Made by a program: the position numbers and the translations under genes. Source: Malacoraja senta (Eukaryota). Taken from it: a stretch of DNA of 64,000 nt. Location: assembly GCA_038087875.1 (NCBI GenBank), contig CM075991.1, forward strand, positions 8,930,001 through 8,994,000, in the 5' to 3' direction. A model generated the notes under the pieces. It ran no database searches and was not told the origin of the DNA. It saw only the letters and a list, made by a program, of their open reading frames with translations. Below, in pieces: positions 60,933-64,000 of the stretch (position 1 is its first letter; the number at the start of each line of letters is the position of its first letter).

Positions 60933-61366
60933 GATCCCTTGGTTGGACCGTGAGGAGCAGCCATGGTCTTTACACAGTTTCCATCACCATTTCCAGGGCA
61001 TCACATCCAGCCACACAATCACTCCAGCACCAGGATTCATTGCTAAATGTCATCGGTGGAGTTGTAAGATTAATTCACTGTCAAAAGCAGCTGGGTCTGT
61101 TTAATATTTTAAAAAGGTTTTGTAGCCTGATGGCCAATAAGCCAATATCCTGTGTAATTATTTTAACAGCAATCGGTGGAGTGCACTGACCTCAACATCG
61201 GGGTGACAGATAGGGCTGTCAAGCCAGAACCACCTGCATTAATTCATTAATACTGAAGCTAAAGTGAAGCAATGAAAACTGGGCAAACCGCTGCTAACTC
61301 GCACTCCCGCCAAACTCGGGCCTCTATGCACCCGGAGAAGATGGAGTATGGAACACAAGAACCGTT

Positions 61367-62468
61367 GCGGCACGGAGGCGCAACGGTGCCAGAGACCCCG
61401 GTTCGATCCTGACTACAGGTGCTTGTCTGCACGGCGTTTGTACGTTTTCCCCGCGAACCGTGTGGGTTTTCTCCGAGTATTTCGGTTCCCTCCCACATCC
61501 CAAAGACGTGCAGGGTTGCAGGTTAATTGGCTTCTGTAAATTGGCCCCAAGCGCATAGGATGAGAAAGTGGGATAACAGGAATCGGAATCAAGATATTGT
61601 GGGGAGAAAGCAGGAACGGGAAAATTTACTATTTCTATGTTTCTAACATTGAAATAGTAAATGGGGTAATCATTGGTCAGCATGGGTTCGCTGTGCCTCA
61701 AGGCCTTTTTCCACGCTGCATCTCTTTGGAAAAAAACAGAAGGGTACTGCACAGGAACAGGCCATTCAATGCACAATGTCCTTGCAGAACCGTACGCCAA
61801 GTGAAACTAATCTCAGAGTACACATGATCCAAATCCTACCATTCCCTGCATACGCATGTTCCTATCAAAAAGCCTTTTTGTGGTGGTGCGGTAGAGTTGC
61901 TGCGTTACAGCACCAGAGACCCGGGTTCGATCCTGAGTACGGTTGCTGTCTGTACGGAGTTTATAAGTTCTCCCCGTGACCGCGTAGGTTTTCTCTGGTT
62001 TCTTCAGCACTCCAAAGGCGTACAGGTTTGTAGGTTAATTGGCTTCAGTATAACTAAATTGTCCCTAGTGTGTGTATGATAGTGTTCTTGTGCAGGGATC
62101 GCTGGTCAGCATGGACTCGGAGGGCCGAAGGGCCTGTCTCCATGCACTATTTCTAAACTAAACTAGCTGTGTATGTTTAGTTTAGTTTAGAGATACAATG
62201 CGAAAACTGGCCCTTCGGCCCACCGAGTCTGCACCGATTAGCGTTCCCCGCACATTAACACTATCCGACACACTAGGGGACAATCTACATTCATTCCAAG
62301 CCAATTAACCTACAAACCTGCGCGTCTTTGGAATGTGGGTGGAAATCGAAGATCTCGGAGAAAACCCACGCACGAATTCCGTTGAGACAAGCACCCGTAG
62401 TCAGGATCGAACCCGGGTCTCCTGGCGCTGTAAGGCAGCAACTCTACCGCTGCGCCACTATGCCACCC
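61367..62468. mobile_element. V-SINE cluster (+61367-61580, +61880-62164, -62175-62468)
   Basis: Three recognisable copies; the last two are tail-to-tail. Confidence 0.85.
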
Positions 62469-63041
62469 CAGTTCTTGCTTTCTAAACTCCATCTTCTCCG
62501 AGTGCATTGTGTGGGAAGCATTGCTGCTGATCTCTTCACCCCCCCGATTCAGAATGCCCTGGGTGATTATAGCCTGTGCTTAGAGGGAAAAATATTGTAT
62601 AACTTCCCTGTGATAACACTATCTGCTCATCTTCAAACTGCGCCACGAGATCCTTTATCTCTAATAAATAGTGCAGCTGGGATACGTTTAATAACTAAAT
62701 TGCTTGGAGAACTCGTAAATTCTTATTGTGCTGCTATCTTCTCTGCAAGCAGTTTTTAGTGATTAATGGTTCCTTGTTCTGAATTACACTGTAATGTTAT
62801 GACCTTTCAATTAATTACAGATCATATTTATTTACCCTGCCCTTCTGTGTGCTGGCTTTAGATGGCTGCATACAAGCCCAGCACTAGTGATTACATCCCA
62901 TGACTGAACTCAGAACAGAGAATCTCTTTCTGGTGTTGAACATGTGAAAGGAGTTGACAGAGAATAATAAAAAAGCAAAAACTCAGTGGGTCAGGCAGCA
63001 TCCCTGGAGAAAAGGAATAGGTGATGTTTCAGATCGGGACA

Positions 63042-63077
63042 AGGTCTGAAGAAGGGTCTCGACCCGAAACGTCACCT
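63042..63077 (+). ncRNA. Minimal hammerhead motif with 4-bp stem I
   Basis: AGGT-CTGAAGA-A-GGGTC-TC-GACCC-GAAAC-GTC-ACCT. Confidence 0.75.
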
Positions 63078-63811
63078 ATTCATCAGACAACTGAACCATC
63101 CTACCAATAACTAGAGAGCAGTCCTGAGCTACCATCTACCTCATTGGAGACCTTTGGACTATCTTTGATCAGACATCTTGCACTAAACATTATTCACTTT
63201 ATTCCCTTTATCATGTAACTGTACACTGTGGATGGCTCGAATGTAATCATGTATTGTCTTTCCGCTGACTGGTTGGCACGCAACAAAAGCTTTTCACTGT
63301 CCCTGTGACAATAAACGAAACTCAAACTCGTTCCTTTTCTCCAGAGATGCTGCCTGTCCCATTGAGTTGCTCCAGCTTTTTGTGTCTATCCTCAGTGTAA
63401 ACCGGCATCTGCAGTTCCTTCCTACACAAGAGAAGAAAAAAAAACTGCTGGAGGAATGTCGCGAGTCAGGCAATATCTAGGAGGTAAATGGGCCGATGAT
63501 GATTTGGGTTGGGACCCTTCATCTATTTCCCTGCAACCCCCACTAGTGGAGCTGCTGCCTCACAGTCCCATCGAGCCAGGTTCAATCCTGCCCAAGCGGC
63601 ACTGTCTGCGTGGAGTTTGCACGTTCTCGCTATGACAGTATAGATTTCCTCTGGATGCTCTGCCTCCCTCCCACATCTCAAAGGCGTACAGGTTAACAGG
63701 CTAGTTGACCACTGTGCATTCACCGATGTGTAGGCAATTGGTTGAATCCGATGCTGGTAGGAATGTGGGGAAATAACATAGGATTAGTCCAGTTTTGATG
63801 CAAAATGGATA

Positions 63812-64000
63812 GAAACAAAGAAAAATAGGTGCAGGAGGCCGCCATCCGGCCCTTCGAGCCAGCACCGCCATCCAATATGATCATGGCTGAACAATACCCC
63901 GTTCCTGCCTTTTTCCCATATCCCTTAATTCCTTTTAGCCCTAAGAGCAAAATATAACTCTCTCTTGAAAACATCCAATGAATTGGCCTCCAATGCCTTC
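63812..64000 (-). mobile_element. CR1/HER1-like 3' end (runs off the window)
   Basis: AAAATAGGTGCAGGAG...TTCGAGCCAGCACCGCC 3' UTR, GIKGYGKKAGTGY. Confidence 0.85.

Noticed and set aside
1..64000. Host protein-coding exons or an intact autonomous element
   Set aside because: All recognisable ORFs are truncated TE fragments. Short host exons cannot be excluded without RNA-seq or a homology search.

Overview
Vertebrate, repeat-dense non-coding DNA, most likely from a cartilaginous fish (skate/ray). The inference rests on abundant HE1-type V-SINEs, HER1-type CR1 LINEs and a SacSINE1-like DeuSINE. I found no convincing host-gene exon, so this is probably a large intron or gene desert. Every recognisable ORF is a retroelement fragment: CR1 RT, Rex/Babar RT, Penelope GIY-YIG, Hero restriction-like endonuclease, or Tx1, L2 and RTE C-termini. 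The window also holds ten PIF/Harbinger-type MITEs (CCTGTCCCAC TIR, TWA target duplication), two 8-bp-TSD MITEs, a 5S rRNA pseudogene split by a LINE tail, simple repeats and a 200-N gap. The most interesting signal is two classes of self-cleaving ribozyme motif in tiny non-coding retroelements. (1) Two families of short TSD-flanked elements (7594-7895; 27165-27307 and 47992-48122) begin exactly at G1 of an HDV-like fold. (2) About two dozen minimal hammerhead motifs or remnants lie in Penelope terminal repeats, many as TSD-flanked foldback units centred on the hammerhead, in the clearest cases on stem II. Several unique AT-rich, TAAT-rich islands look like candidate conserved non-coding elements. 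All coordinates and family names were read by eye and are approximate.
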